The notes beneath the pieces were generated by a model. It ran no database searches. It saw nothing but the letters and a program-made list of their open reading frames with translations, and was not told the DNA's origin. DNA of 41,069 nucleotides from positions 1 through 41,069 of the IMG/VR virus record IMGVR_UViG_2737471864_000010. One strand, given 5' to 3'. The position numbers and the translations under genes are program-made. How positions within the stretch are numbered: position 1 is the first letter of the stretch; the number at the start of each line of letters is the position of its first letter. This stretch comes from a virus. Taxonomy: Duplodnaviria; Heunggongvirae; Uroviricota; Caudoviricetes. Below, in pieces: positions 1 through 8,282 of this stretch.

Positions 1-933
1 ATGGACAACGACAAAATTGATCAACACAGCGACGAAATTGAAGTTGAGAGCGAAGAAAAAGAGCGCGGCAAAAAAATAGAAATAGATGAAGACCGACTCC
101 CCTCCCGGGCGATGGCAATTCATGAGCATATCCGCCAGGATGGTGAAAAAGAGCTGGAACGCGACGCAATGGCGCTACTGTGGTCAGCCATTGCGGCGGG
201 TCTGTCGATGGGCGCTTCGTTACTGGCAAAAGGGATATTTCAAGTCGAACTGGAAGGTGTGCCGGGCAGCTTCTTGCTGGAGAATCTCGGTTATACCTTT
301 GGTTTTATTATCGTCATTATGGCCCGCCAGCAATTATTTACCGAAAATACCGTGACTGCGGTACTACCCGTCATGCAAAAACCGACAATGAGCAACGTCG
401 GCTTACTTATACGGTTATGGGGCGTCGTGCTGCTGGGTAATATTCTCGGGACAGGTATTGCGGCGTGGGCATTTGAATATATGCCTATCTTCAATGAAGA
501 AACTCGCGATGCATTTGTCAAAATCGGCATGGATGTGATGAAGAACACCCCCAGCGAGATGTTTGCCAACGCGATCATTTCCGGCTGGCTGATCGCCACT
601 ATGGTTTGGATGTTTCCTGCAGCGGGTGCGGCAAAGATTGTGGTGATTATATTGATGACCTGGCTTATTGCCCTGGGTGACACCACCCATATCGTGGTCG
701 GTTCTGTTGAAATCCTCTATCTGGTGTTTAACGGTACGCTGCACTGGAGCGATTTCATCTGGCCCTTCGCACTACCTACTTTAGCGGGGAACATCTGCGG
801 CGGCACCTTTATCTTCGCGTTAATGAGTCATGCACAGATTCGTAACGACATGAGCAATAAGCGTAAAGCAGAAGCACGCCAAAAAGCAGAACGTGCGGAA
901 AACATTAAGAAAAATTATAAAAACCCGGCATAA
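1..933 (+). CDS. yfdC: Formate/nitrite transporter (FNT) family inner-membrane protein, chromosomal flank of the prophage
   Basis: 310-aa ORF with several hydrophobic segments; recognised as the YfdC-like FNT protein that sits next to argW in E. coli. Recognition from memory. Confidence 0.75.
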   Translation: MDNDKIDQHSDEIEVESEEKERGKKIEIDEDRLPSRAMAIHEHIRQDGEKELERDAMALLWSAIAAGLSMGASLLAKGIFQVELEGVPGSFLLENLGYTFGFIIVIMARQQLFTENTVTAVLPVMQKPTMSNVGLLIRLWGVVLLGNILGTGIAAWAFEYMPIFNEETRDAFVKIGMDVMKNTPSEMFANAIISGWLIATMVWMFPAAGAAKIVVIILMTWLIALGDTTHIVVGSVEILYLVFNGTLHWSDFIWPFALPTLAGNICGGTFIFALMSHAQIRNDMSNKRKAEARQKAERAENIKKNYKNPA

Positions 934-985
934 ATGGCGAGGGTTTAAGCAATCGAGCGGCAGCGTACTTACCCCGCACTCCATT

Positions 986-1005
986 AGCGGGTATACTCAT
1001 GCCGC
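986..1005 (+). promoter_or_regulatory. Candidate argW promoter -10 element (TATACT) just upstream of the tRNA 5' end
   Basis: TATACT hexamer about 12 nt upstream of the mature tRNA start; no clear -35 identified. Confidence 0.3.
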
Positions 1006-1008
1006 ATT

Positions 1009-1083
1009 GTCCTCTTAGTTAAATGGATATAACGAGCCCCTCCTAAGGGCTAATTGCAGGTTCGATTCCTGCAGGGGACACCA
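1009..1083 (+). tRNA. argW: tRNA-Arg, anticodon CCU
   Basis: 75-nt sequence GTCCTCTTAGTTAAATGGATATAACGAGCCCCTCCTAAGGGCTAATTGCAGGTTCGATTCCTGCAGGGGACACCA with cloverleaf-compatible stems, anticodon loop CTCCTAA, T-loop GGTTCGATTCC and encoded CCA. Confidence 0.9.
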
Positions 1084-1244
1084 TTTATCAGTTCGCTCCC
1101 ATCCGTACCAGTCCGCAAAACCCCCTGAATATCAAGCCTTCTGTAGATGCACAGTTCGTAATGGTTCGCGTCAGATCGTTGACAGCCGCACTCCATGACG
1201 GGTAAAAAGTGGATAAAATAATTTTACCCACCGGATTTTTACCC

Positions 1245-2402
1245 ATGCTCACCGTTAAGCAGATTGAAGCAGCAAAGCCGAAAGAAAAACCATACCGCCT
1301 ACTCGATGGTAATGGCCTGTACCTTTATGTCCCTGTATCCGGAAAAAAGGTCTGGCAGCTTCGCTACAAGATTGACGGTAAGGAAAAAATACTGACCGTA
1401 GGAAAATATCCGCTTATGACTTTGCAGGAGGCAAGGGATAAAGCATGGACTGCGAGGAAAGACATCTCGGCTGGTATCGATCCGGTAAAAGCGAAAAAGA
1501 CTTCGTCTAACAACAATTCCTTTAGCGCCATTTACAAGGAATGGTACGAGCACAAGAAGCAAGTCTGGTCAGTAGGCTATGCGACTGAACTTGCAAAAAT
1601 GTTTGATGACGACATTTTACCCATCATCGGCGGTCTTGAGATTCAGGATATTGAGCCGATGCAACTGTTGGAAGTAATCCGCAGATTTGAAGATCGCGGT
1701 GCAATGGAGCGAGCCAACAAAGCACGCAGAAGATGCGGCGAGGTTTTCCGTTACGCTATTGTCACCGGCAGGGCTAAATATAACCCGGCACCTGACCTTG
1801 CAGACGCCATGAAAGGATACCGCAAGAAGAACTTCCCGTTTCTTCCAGCAGACCAGATCCCTGCATTCAACAAAGCACTGGCAACATTTTCAGGAAGTAT
1901 CGTATCGCTCATTGCGACCAAAGTTTTACGCTATACAGCCCTAAGAACGAAAGAGCTTCGTTCCATGCAATGGAAGAACGTCGATTTTGAAAACAGGATT
2001 ATCACCATCGACGCCAATGTGATGAAGGGACGCAAAATTCATGTGGTTCCTATGTCAGACCAGGTAGTTGAACTTCTCACTACGTTAAGCTCCATCACCA
2101 AACCAGTATCAGAGTTTGTTTTTGCCGGGCGAAACGATAAGAAGAAGCCAATCTGCGAGAATGCGGTATTGCTTGTGATCAAACAAATCGGCTATGAAGG
2201 TCTGGAAAGCGGTCACGGATTCAGGCATGAATTCAGCACGATTATGAACGAGCACGAATGGCCTGCTGACGCTATTGAAGTGCAACTGGCACATGCCAAC
2301 GGCGGATCTGTGCGCGGGATTTACAACCATGCTCAGTATCTCGATAAACGCAGAGAAATGATGCAGTGGTGGGCTGACTGGATTGATGAAAAGGTTGAGT
2401 GA
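1245..2402 (+). CDS. intS: Tyrosine recombinase / prophage integrase (P4-like family), 385 aa from the internal ATG
   Basis: Track ORF 1209..2402 begins at a GTG; the ATG at 1245 gives MLTVKQIEAAKPKEKPYRL..., the typical N-terminus of P4-like integrases, and a C-terminal catalytic region ending ...HAQYLDKRREMMQWWADWID. Position next to argW matches IntS of CPS-53-type prophages. Confidence 0.85.
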   Translation: MLTVKQIEAAKPKEKPYRLLDGNGLYLYVPVSGKKVWQLRYKIDGKEKILTVGKYPLMTLQEARDKAWTARKDISAGIDPVKAKKTSSNNNSFSAIYKEWYEHKKQVWSVGYATELAKMFDDDILPIIGGLEIQDIEPMQLLEVIRRFEDRGAMERANKARRRCGEVFRYAIVTGRAKYNPAPDLADAMKGYRKKNFPFLPADQIPAFNKALATFSGSIVSLIATKVLRYTALRTKELRSMQWKNVDFENRIITIDANVMKGRKIHVVPMSDQVVELLTTLSSITKPVSEFVFAGRNDKKKPICENAVLLVIKQIGYEGLESGHGFRHEFSTIMNEHEWPADAIEVQLAHANGGSVRGIYNHAQYLDKRREMMQWWADWIDEKVE

Positions 2403-2425
2403 TCCACCTGAACCATTATCGAAGA

Positions 2426-2475
2426 GCACAAAGCCTTGCAATCCAGTACAAAGCTTTGTGCGTCTTATGTTTATT
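2426..2475 (+). terminator. Candidate intrinsic terminator downstream of int
   Basis: 9-bp inverted repeat GCACAAAGC/GCTTTGTGC followed by a T-rich tract; the loop is long, so confidence is low. Confidence 0.35.
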
Positions 2476-2523
2476 GTTATGGTGTATTTATTTGTAATAC
2501 AAGAACCAAAATAATAAATATTA

Positions 2524-4359
2524 TCAATCAACCATTGATGGGAATGATGTTGCTATAGTAAGAACAGAACCTGAAGGAAATGATTGAATTGTAACATTTC
2601 CGTTAGCCGAAATATTGATCAGTGCTATAGCATTGTTTGTTCCACAAGGTATATAAGATATATCTTTTTCTGGCCTGAACCCTGAAGGAAGATTCATTAT
2701 AACCGTTCCAACAGAAGTTGCCCCTCCAGTTAAAACGCAATTTATATTTATAATACCATCCAGAGATTTTTGGTATGTCCCTTTCCTTGATTCTCCTATA
2801 ACCCATCCATTTTGTAACAGGCCAGATATTTCATATTGCTTACCACGCCACTGTGACCATGTGTTCTCACTTATCCTTCCTATGCGAGTAAAACACACTC
2901 TGCTACTTTCAGATATATATCCATATAATTTTTGCAACACTACTCCATCAACAAATCTATCGACCTGAATAACACCATCAAGAGGCCAAGAAGAATCATC
3001 AGGATTTGTTCTCCACCATGAAGTCCCCATATGAAACGTATTTGGTGGATATGAACTACCAACAAATTGCAAAGATGAACCATTGTTAGAAAATAAATTA
3101 GAACTTCCATTTACTACTTTGCATGGGCCATATATGTAATCAAGTAACTCATGGTGAATTTGGGCGCTAAAAACATAATTTGGATGAATTCCGCGACCAT
3201 CCACATATGGATTATCAAGCCAGTTACCTGCTGCGCCTCTGGAATCCTGCCACATACCGTAAGTGTCAAAAAACATGCACTTATATTGTTTAGCTTTAGC
3301 TCTAAGCACGGCTGTTAACTGTTCATACCATTTTTCATCACGTCCGTTTGGTGTGTCTGATGTTGAGTTTGGGGACATGATAATAATTGATTGCTGGGAA
3401 ACTGATTTGTTATTTCGTAACTTGGAAAGACCTCTATCTAATGCGTCTTTTACTTGATCCAATGTATAACCATAATATGGATCGTTAATTCCCCATCGTA
3501 AAACAATCAAATCAGCAGCAGAAAAAACAGACCATTCCCGATCAATATACCAATTACCCCATTCGTATAGAGTTTTACCTGAATGACCTAACGATGTATT
3601 TTTTACATCAATAATTCCATACCTTTTTGCATAAAAATCAGCGATAGTGGCTGGAGGCCATGACTCAGAGTTTACACCAACTATAGTGGAGTCTCCAGAC
3701 CATAAAATATATGTTTTTTTATCTGAAGTTACTCCGTCACCGTTAATAAGTTTATTTGTAACATAATTTAAATACTCTTGACCTATAACAAATCTATTCC
3801 TCGGATTTGTGTATGTTGATAACTGGACACCATCCCTATTAAAAACTCTTCCCCTTCTAGCATCGATTTCCACACCATAATCATTGTTAATAGAATCAAC
3901 AACCTCATCTTCATTAATTGTTAACACCGTCTGACCTGAGACGGATGAATTAATAGCGTCTTGTATTTTTGTTTCGATAGCGCCAGATCTTTTAATGTCT
4001 TTTTCAGCACGATAATATGCCTGATCTGGGTCATATTTTAACACATTCGGAAAATAGAACTGCTGTGCACCATATGCATCATAAACAGCCATAGAATGGC
4101 CTTGCACAGTTACGAACTTGGCAATCTGTCCGTTATATACCGGGTAACCAGCAGCGTTAATGATGATTGGTTGCGATACAGGAACGTGAGAGCCATCTTC
4201 GTTCTCCACATAAACCTGCACTTGATTCTGTGGGAGCGTAGGATCGGAATCTATCTTACCAATGAATATCTTGCCATTGCTTGCGGCCTGGAATTTTCTG
4301 GCTAACGTAAATAGTTGACTTGGCATTGAAATTATAACATTTGGCACAATATTTGACAT
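2524..4359 (-). CDS. Tailspike protein: P22-type N-terminal head-binding domain fused to an SGNH/GDSL-hydrolase-like (esterase) domain
   Basis: N-terminal ~110 aa (…NGKIFIGKIDSDPTLPQNQVQVYVENEDGSHV…VTVQGHSMAVYDAYG…NVLKYDPDQ) closely resembles the P22 gp9 head-binding domain; central region carries SGNH blocks WSGDSTIVG, RWGINDP and DGRGIHP. The 3' two-thirds is visibly AT-rich. Confidence 0.75.
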   Translation of the reverse strand: MSNIVPNVIISMPSQLFTLARKFQAASNGKIFIGKIDSDPTLPQNQVQVYVENEDGSHVPVSQPIIINAAGYPVYNGQIAKFVTVQGHSMAVYDAYGAQQFYFPNVLKYDPDQAYYRAEKDIKRSGAIETKIQDAINSSVSGQTVLTINEDEVVDSINNDYGVEIDARRGRVFNRDGVQLSTYTNPRNRFVIGQEYLNYVTNKLINGDGVTSDKKTYILWSGDSTIVGVNSESWPPATIADFYAKRYGIIDVKNTSLGHSGKTLYEWGNWYIDREWSVFSAADLIVLRWGINDPYYGYTLDQVKDALDRGLSKLRNNKSVSQQSIIIMSPNSTSDTPNGRDEKWYEQLTAVLRAKAKQYKCMFFDTYGMWQDSRGAAGNWLDNPYVDGRGIHPNYVFSAQIHHELLDYIYGPCKVVNGSSNLFSNNGSSLQFVGSSYPPNTFHMGTSWWRTNPDDSSWPLDGVIQVDRFVDGVVLQKLYGYISESSRVCFTRIGRISENTWSQWRGKQYEISGLLQNGWVIGESRKGTYQKSLDGIININCVLTGGATSVGTVIMNLPSGFRPEKDISYIPCGTNNAIALINISANGNVTIQSFPSGSVLTIATSFPSMVD

Positions 4360-4379
4360 AGTGAATCTCTATTTAAGGA

Positions 4380-4874
4380 ATGAATATGATTACTCATAAA
4401 GAATTAACCTCTTCACTCAACTACAACCCAGAAACAGGCGTCTTCACTTGGAAGATAGCTTCTGGTAGCTCCAGTATCGGAAAGGTTGCTGGATTTAAGA
4501 CGAACTCACAGGCCGACTACTTATCAATACGGATTAATGGAAAATCGTATCTTTGCCACCGACTTGCTTGGTTTTATATGAAAGGATGCTGGCCTAAAGG
4601 GTTAATTGACCATATTAACGGGGTTAAAAATGACAATAGAATTTCAAACCTAAGAGAAGTAACCAGAGGTCAGAATAAAACCAACAGCGTTTCATCATCC
4701 AATACAGGTATAAAAGGAGTTCATCTTCTTAAAGGGAAAAACACATATAAAGTTATGTTCAAACTAAAAGGTAAGTCTATTTTCCTTGGGTATACCGATG
4801 ATATTGAGCTGGCAGAATTAATGTCTATTGCATTCAGGGAAAAATATCATGGCGAGTTTGCTTGTTTTAGGTAA
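4380..4874 (+). CDS. HNH homing endonuclease with AP2-like DNA-binding domain (paralog 1 of 3)
   Basis: 164 aa; motifs NYNPETG, HRLAW, DHINGVKNDNRISNLR and C-terminal GIKGV…KYHGEF; AAGGA ribosome-binding site 7 nt upstream. Confidence 0.75.
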   Translation: MNMITHKELTSSLNYNPETGVFTWKIASGSSSIGKVAGFKTNSQADYLSIRINGKSYLCHRLAWFYMKGCWPKGLIDHINGVKNDNRISNLREVTRGQNKTNSVSSSNTGIKGVHLLKGKNTYKVMFKLKGKSIFLGYTDDIELAELMSIAFREKYHGEFACFR

Positions 4875-4907
4875 TGTCTGTCATTTAATTTGCTCCAGAT
4901 ACAAGGA

Positions 4908-5007
4908 ATCGCCGCAGCATGGCTACGGTTGGCGTTTGTTTGGTTTTTGAACTACGAAAATTTCGTAGTGCTATCCATCAAGGCCATCGCCGCAGCATGG
5001 CTACGGT
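4908..5007. repeat. Two copies of a 22-bp direct repeat (ATCGCCGCAGCATGGCTACGGT) flanking a perfect 19-bp palindrome (ACTACGAAAATTTCGTAGT)
   Basis: Direct reading; copies at about 4908-4929 and 4986-5007, palindrome at about 4951-4969. Confidence 0.6.
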
Positions 5008-5019
5008 GAATTTTTGGCA

Positions 5020-5044
5020 TAAAAAAACCCAGCCGAAGCTGGGT
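5020..5044 (-). terminator. Intrinsic terminator downstream of ant
   Basis: Minus strand reads GACCCAGC-TTCG-GCTGGG followed by TTTTTTT. Confidence 0.65.
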
Positions 5045-5062
5045 CATTGCGTTGGTTATCTG

Positions 5063-5986
5063 TCAGTAGTTATGTACTGAAGGAGGTAATTCTTTATTCT
5101 TAAGTCTCATCCATGCGGAAAGATTCGCTGGTCCGTCTGGCTCATTAATATCAACATCTCGTGTGTGGTTTATTAAAACGTCTCTCGCCATTCCTATAAC
5201 ATACGAGAACTCATGACCGTAGTCGTAACATCTGCCGGAATAGTTCGATTGAATTTGTTTTAGCGCCGGATACAATTCGCGGAATAATGCCTGTGAGCGG
5301 TTGGCATAATCCCATAACCATACGAGGCTGTTTGCTTCTTTTGCAGAAAGCTCGTTGGTTTTCTTCTCTTGTTTGCAGATGAACTCACCTTCAAGCGGAA
5401 CGCGAGCTGCAAGTGACAGTGCTTCGGTAAACTGCTCCTCACTAATTTCTTTGTACGAACATCCAAAATGGGATTTCAGTGACGACCACATGGTGATCAT
5501 CGCCTTAGCCTGTTTTTCTTTTGGCAGAGACTGACCGCGACTCATGACGAGTTGTTTAATGGCTTCCTGCTGTTCAGTGGTGATTTTACCCTGCAACGCC
5601 TTTTTAGCTTTGCGTGGGTTAACTACATGGCCTTTAGTCCAGTACTCATAGAGCACATCGTCACACTCTTCCTGATACTGGATTACCTTGTCGCGGATTT
5701 CAGGGCGGACTTTGTTTGGACTGATGGTTTGCAACCAGCCATTAAGTTTACGTAAAGCAAGGCAAATCATGTTCTGCACACCGCCAACTGAAGGTATTGC
5801 GATTTCCACAATACCTTTAGCAAATCTTTGTTTTAACTTTGTAAACTGTGAAGCCCAATCCATACCCATTCCCTCAACGATAGGTTTCATTGGGGTGTAC
5901 GGCTCACCGTTGTGATTGACAACATAAAGCTCTGCGCCGTGGAATGGTACATTGATAGTAGATACTGCTGTTGCTATACTTTTCAT
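5063..5986 (-). CDS. ant: Antirepressor (Ant-like) protein
   Basis: 307 aa located downstream of an Arc-like gene and divergent from mnt, as in the P22 immI region; N-terminal region resembles phage antirepressor domains. Recognition from memory. Confidence 0.55.
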   Translation of the reverse strand: MKSIATAVSTINVPFHGAELYVVNHNGEPYTPMKPIVEGMGMDWASQFTKLKQRFAKGIVEIAIPSVGGVQNMICLALRKLNGWLQTISPNKVRPEIRDKVIQYQEECDDVLYEYWTKGHVVNPRKAKKALQGKITTEQQEAIKQLVMSRGQSLPKEKQAKAMITMWSSLKSHFGCSYKEISEEQFTEALSLAARVPLEGEFICKQEKKTNELSAKEANSLVWLWDYANRSQALFRELYPALKQIQSNYSGRCYDYGHEFSYVIGMARDVLINHTRDVDINEPDGPANLSAWMRLKNKELPPSVHNY

Positions 5987-6049
5987 GTCGTTAATTCCTA
6001 TGCGTGGTTTTACGATACCGAAGCCCTGACTGTTACCGCAGTTGGGGCT

Positions 6050-6253
6050 TCAACTTTCTGCTCTATCAGTTATATCTTTCCCTTCATATACTTCACCTAT
6101 ATTGCTAATGCTGGCAGAACATCCAAGATGCTTGTATCTTATGATGTCCAACACGCAGTCACTACACAGCATCCGACCTGTTTCTTTAGAGTAAATGTAT
6201 GTTTGATCAGCGTCTGATTCGCTAATGCCGCAGAAACAACATTCTTTACTCAT
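6050..6253 (-). CDS. Small Cys-rich (zinc-ribbon-like) hypothetical protein between arc and ant
   Basis: 67 aa with CCFC…CSDC cysteine pairs; start overlaps the arc stop. Confidence 0.4.
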   Translation of the reverse strand: MSKECCFCGISESDADQTYIYSKETGRMLCSDCVLDIIRYKHLGCSASISNIGEVYEGKDITDRAES

Positions 6254-6390
6254 ACCGTTATCCCCTCTCTCTTCAGGCTGTCCATCACCCGTTTAATTAC
6301 TTCTGCACTAAATGAGCGACACTCTTCCTTTGCTTTCTCTTCAAGGATTTTTTCTAACTTCTCTGGCATACGCAGTGTTTTTACCTTCAT
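6250..6390 (-). CDS. arc: Arc-like ribbon-helix-helix repressor (below the ORF-track length cutoff)
   Basis: Hand-called 46-aa ORF MKVKTLRMPEKLEKILEEKAKEECRSFSAEVIKRVMDSLKREGITV with a GGAGG ribosome-binding site; resembles P22 Arc. Confidence 0.5.
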   Translation of the reverse strand: MKVKTLRMPEKLEKILEEKAKEECRSFSAEVIKRVMDSLKREGITV

Positions 6391-6489
6391 TGCATCCTCC
6401 GTTGTATGTGGTACGCATACATAGTATTTAGGTACGCATTGATAGTCAATAGATACCTACATATCCTGTGGTAAAAAATTATTCAGGAT
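6391..6489. promoter_or_regulatory. Divergent immI control region (Pant/Pmnt-type) with operator-like palindromes
   Basis: Intergenic region between divergent arc and mnt-like genes; contains repeated GGTACGCAT and the palindrome ATTGATAGTCAAT. Confidence 0.4.
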
Positions 6490-6495
6490 GTGCCG

Positions 6496-6753
6496 ATGTC
6501 TGATCGTAAGTACAAAAACCCTCAAGTGAATCTGAGGCTTCCTGTAGAGATAAAGGAACGTCTTATTGAACTGGCTGAGGCTAATTCTCGTTCATTAAAT
6601 GCTGAGATGGTCGCGGCACTTGAAGCATGGACCGAAAAAAATAAACACATTCAAGCACTAGACCTTGCAACTATAGCATCACGATTGATAGATCTTGAAC
6701 ATGATGTTGAGAAGTTGAAATGCATGTATAGCAACAATAAAGACGAAAGTTAG
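6496..6753 (+). CDS. Ribbon-helix-helix (Arc/Mnt family) DNA-binding protein, second Mnt-like paralog
   Basis: Track ORF starts at a GTG at 6490; the ATG at 6496 with an AGGA site is preferred. The N-terminus NLRLPVEIKERLIELAEANSRSLNAEMVAAL fits the RHH pattern. Confidence 0.55.
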   Translation: MSDRKYKNPQVNLRLPVEIKERLIELAEANSRSLNAEMVAALEAWTEKNKHIQALDLATIASRLIDLEHDVEKLKCMYSNNKDES

Positions 6754-6776
6754 AGATACTAACTTGGAGTGATGGC

Positions 6777-7028
6777 ATGGCTAGAGACGATCCGCACTTT
6801 AACTTCCGTATGCCTTTGGAAGTAAGAGAAAAATTGAAATTAAGAGCAGAGGCTAACGGAAGGTCAATGAACTCAGAGTTATTACAAATCGTTCAGGATG
6901 CGCTATCAAAACCATCACCGATTGCAGGCTATCGAGACGATGCAGAACGCATCGCTGATGAGCAGTCCGAACTTGTTAGGAAGATGGTGTTTGATACGCT
7001 GAAGGATTTGTACAAAAAACCCACCTGA
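6777..7028 (+). CDS. mnt: Mnt repressor (ribbon-helix-helix)
   Basis: 83 aa MARDDPHFNFRMPLEVREKLKLRAEANGRSMNSELLQIVQDAL…, very close to P22 Mnt as I recall it. Confidence 0.8.
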   Translation: MARDDPHFNFRMPLEVREKLKLRAEANGRSMNSELLQIVQDALSKPSPIAGYRDDAERIADEQSELVRKMVFDTLKDLYKKPT

Positions 7029-7040
7029 CGGTGGGTTTTA
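7013..7040. terminator. Bidirectional intrinsic terminator between mnt and the convergent two-gene cassette
   Basis: AAAAAA-CCCACC-TGAC-GGTGGG-TTTT; overlaps the mnt stop codon. Confidence 0.6.
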
Positions 7041-7460
7041 TTAGTGCTTGTATAGGTTGAACTCTCTATCAAGCCATATAACAAAAAATGTCGATCCAAG
7101 ACGATAACCAACCATGGCTTTCAAATCATCAAATCTAAAAGCCAAGAAATGATCTACGTCTTCCGTTATATGACTGGGGATACCTGCTTTAATTGCACCC
7201 CTTGCAATCTTCTCAAATCCAAGCTTATGCCTACCTTGCTGCTTAATATCTGCCCATGTTAGTTGACTTAATCTGTATAATTTATCAGCTAAGCCAGCTT
7301 TCTCATCTTTTTGGCATTTCGTTATGCAGTGAGAGCTTTGGATGTAACAGAATGAAAATTTCGGTTTCTTTTGATCTGAATTCCCCCCTGACTGCGGCCC
7401 TAACTTTAACTTACCTGTAGATTCAGCAGGGGGGATAATCCTTTTAGATTTTCTTGCCAT
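7041..7460 (-). CDS. Hypothetical protein, candidate toxin partner of the upstream Panacea-domain protein
   Basis: 139 aa from MARKSKRIIPP…; starts 4 nt after the upstream stop. C-terminus …GYRLGSTFFVIWLDREFNLYKH loosely recalls RelE/YoeB-type toxin C-termini. No confident family assignment. Confidence 0.4.
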   Translation of the reverse strand: MARKSKRIIPPAESTGKLKLGPQSGGNSDQKKPKFSFCYIQSSHCITKCQKDEKAGLADKLYRLSQLTWADIKQQGRHKLGFEKIARGAIKAGIPSHITEDVDHFLAFRFDDLKAMVGYRLGSTFFVIWLDREFNLYKH

Positions 7461-7464
7461 CTCG

Positions 7465-7914
7465 TTAGTTAATCCGAGTTGCAAAGTACTCTGCCATCTC
7501 CTTAGAACTAATTTCAGAACCACCAACACCCTCAATATAGTTTGATCTCCATGGTGACTCTTCGTGTGTCATGTTCCTCAGTTTCCAGGCAGAAAATTGC
7601 CCAAAAACATCCCAGACTTCTTCTAATAGCTCTAACTGTTCTTCGCTGAATTTTTCAGCATCAAAAGACTCTGGAGAAGGGATAGCACCATTACCATATT
7701 GTTTATAACGGTGATAAAGCTCAGGGACAACAGGGCCATGCATCCAAGCTTCCATCTTATTCTGAAAAAGAGGCTCGCCAAGCAACGCCAATGAAAAACC
7801 CTGAGCATAGTAAACAAGCTTTTGTAATTTTAAATTAGAGATTGCGTCACCGCTATCCTCGTCACACCGCGACAGGAAGTAGTCGGCGACATCAAAACAA
7901 GTAAGCATGAACAC
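7465..7914 (-). CDS. DUF4065 / Panacea-domain protein (COG3600, GepA-like), candidate antitoxin
   Basis: 149 aa with the characteristic NLKLQKLVYYAQGFSLALLGEPLF…EAWMHGPVVPELY block; GGAGGTG ribosome-binding site. Recognition from memory. Confidence 0.6.
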   Translation of the reverse strand: MFMLTCFDVADYFLSRCDEDSGDAISNLKLQKLVYYAQGFSLALLGEPLFQNKMEAWMHGPVVPELYHRYKQYGNGAIPSPESFDAEKFSEEQLELLEEVWDVFGQFSAWKLRNMTHEESPWRSNYIEGVGGSEISSKEMAEYFATRIN

Positions 7915-8282
7915 ACCTCCATCTTGATAGCCACAGCTAAGTATCCAACTATGTCAAATGTCATTTAATACTATAACAAAGCTATCAGCAATCCTTCGGA
8001 GGCTAACTTACAACCACTTTAGCGACATGTTTAAACCATTACGTTTCACATTTACTGCATTTTCGCCGAAGTTACCTATAAGGTAATGTCACATTTCCTG
8101 CAAGTTTCATGCAATGTTGAAAAGTGAGCTATTCACTTTTCTATGACACCAAACACCAAAAATAGCACTTTTTGCTAAATCATTCGTCCAAGTTGTGGAT
8201 GGTTTGTCGTTGACACGTTTTCACACACCACTCCACCAATAAAGTATCATCTGGTATCCTGAGCAAAACTAAGGAGGTTGGT

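Noticed and set aside
1209-1244. Upstream GTG start for the integrase as given by the ORF track
   Set aside because: The ATG at 1245 gives the canonical P4-like integrase N-terminus and the expected 385-aa length; the extension would cover the repeat elements and has no ribosome-binding site.
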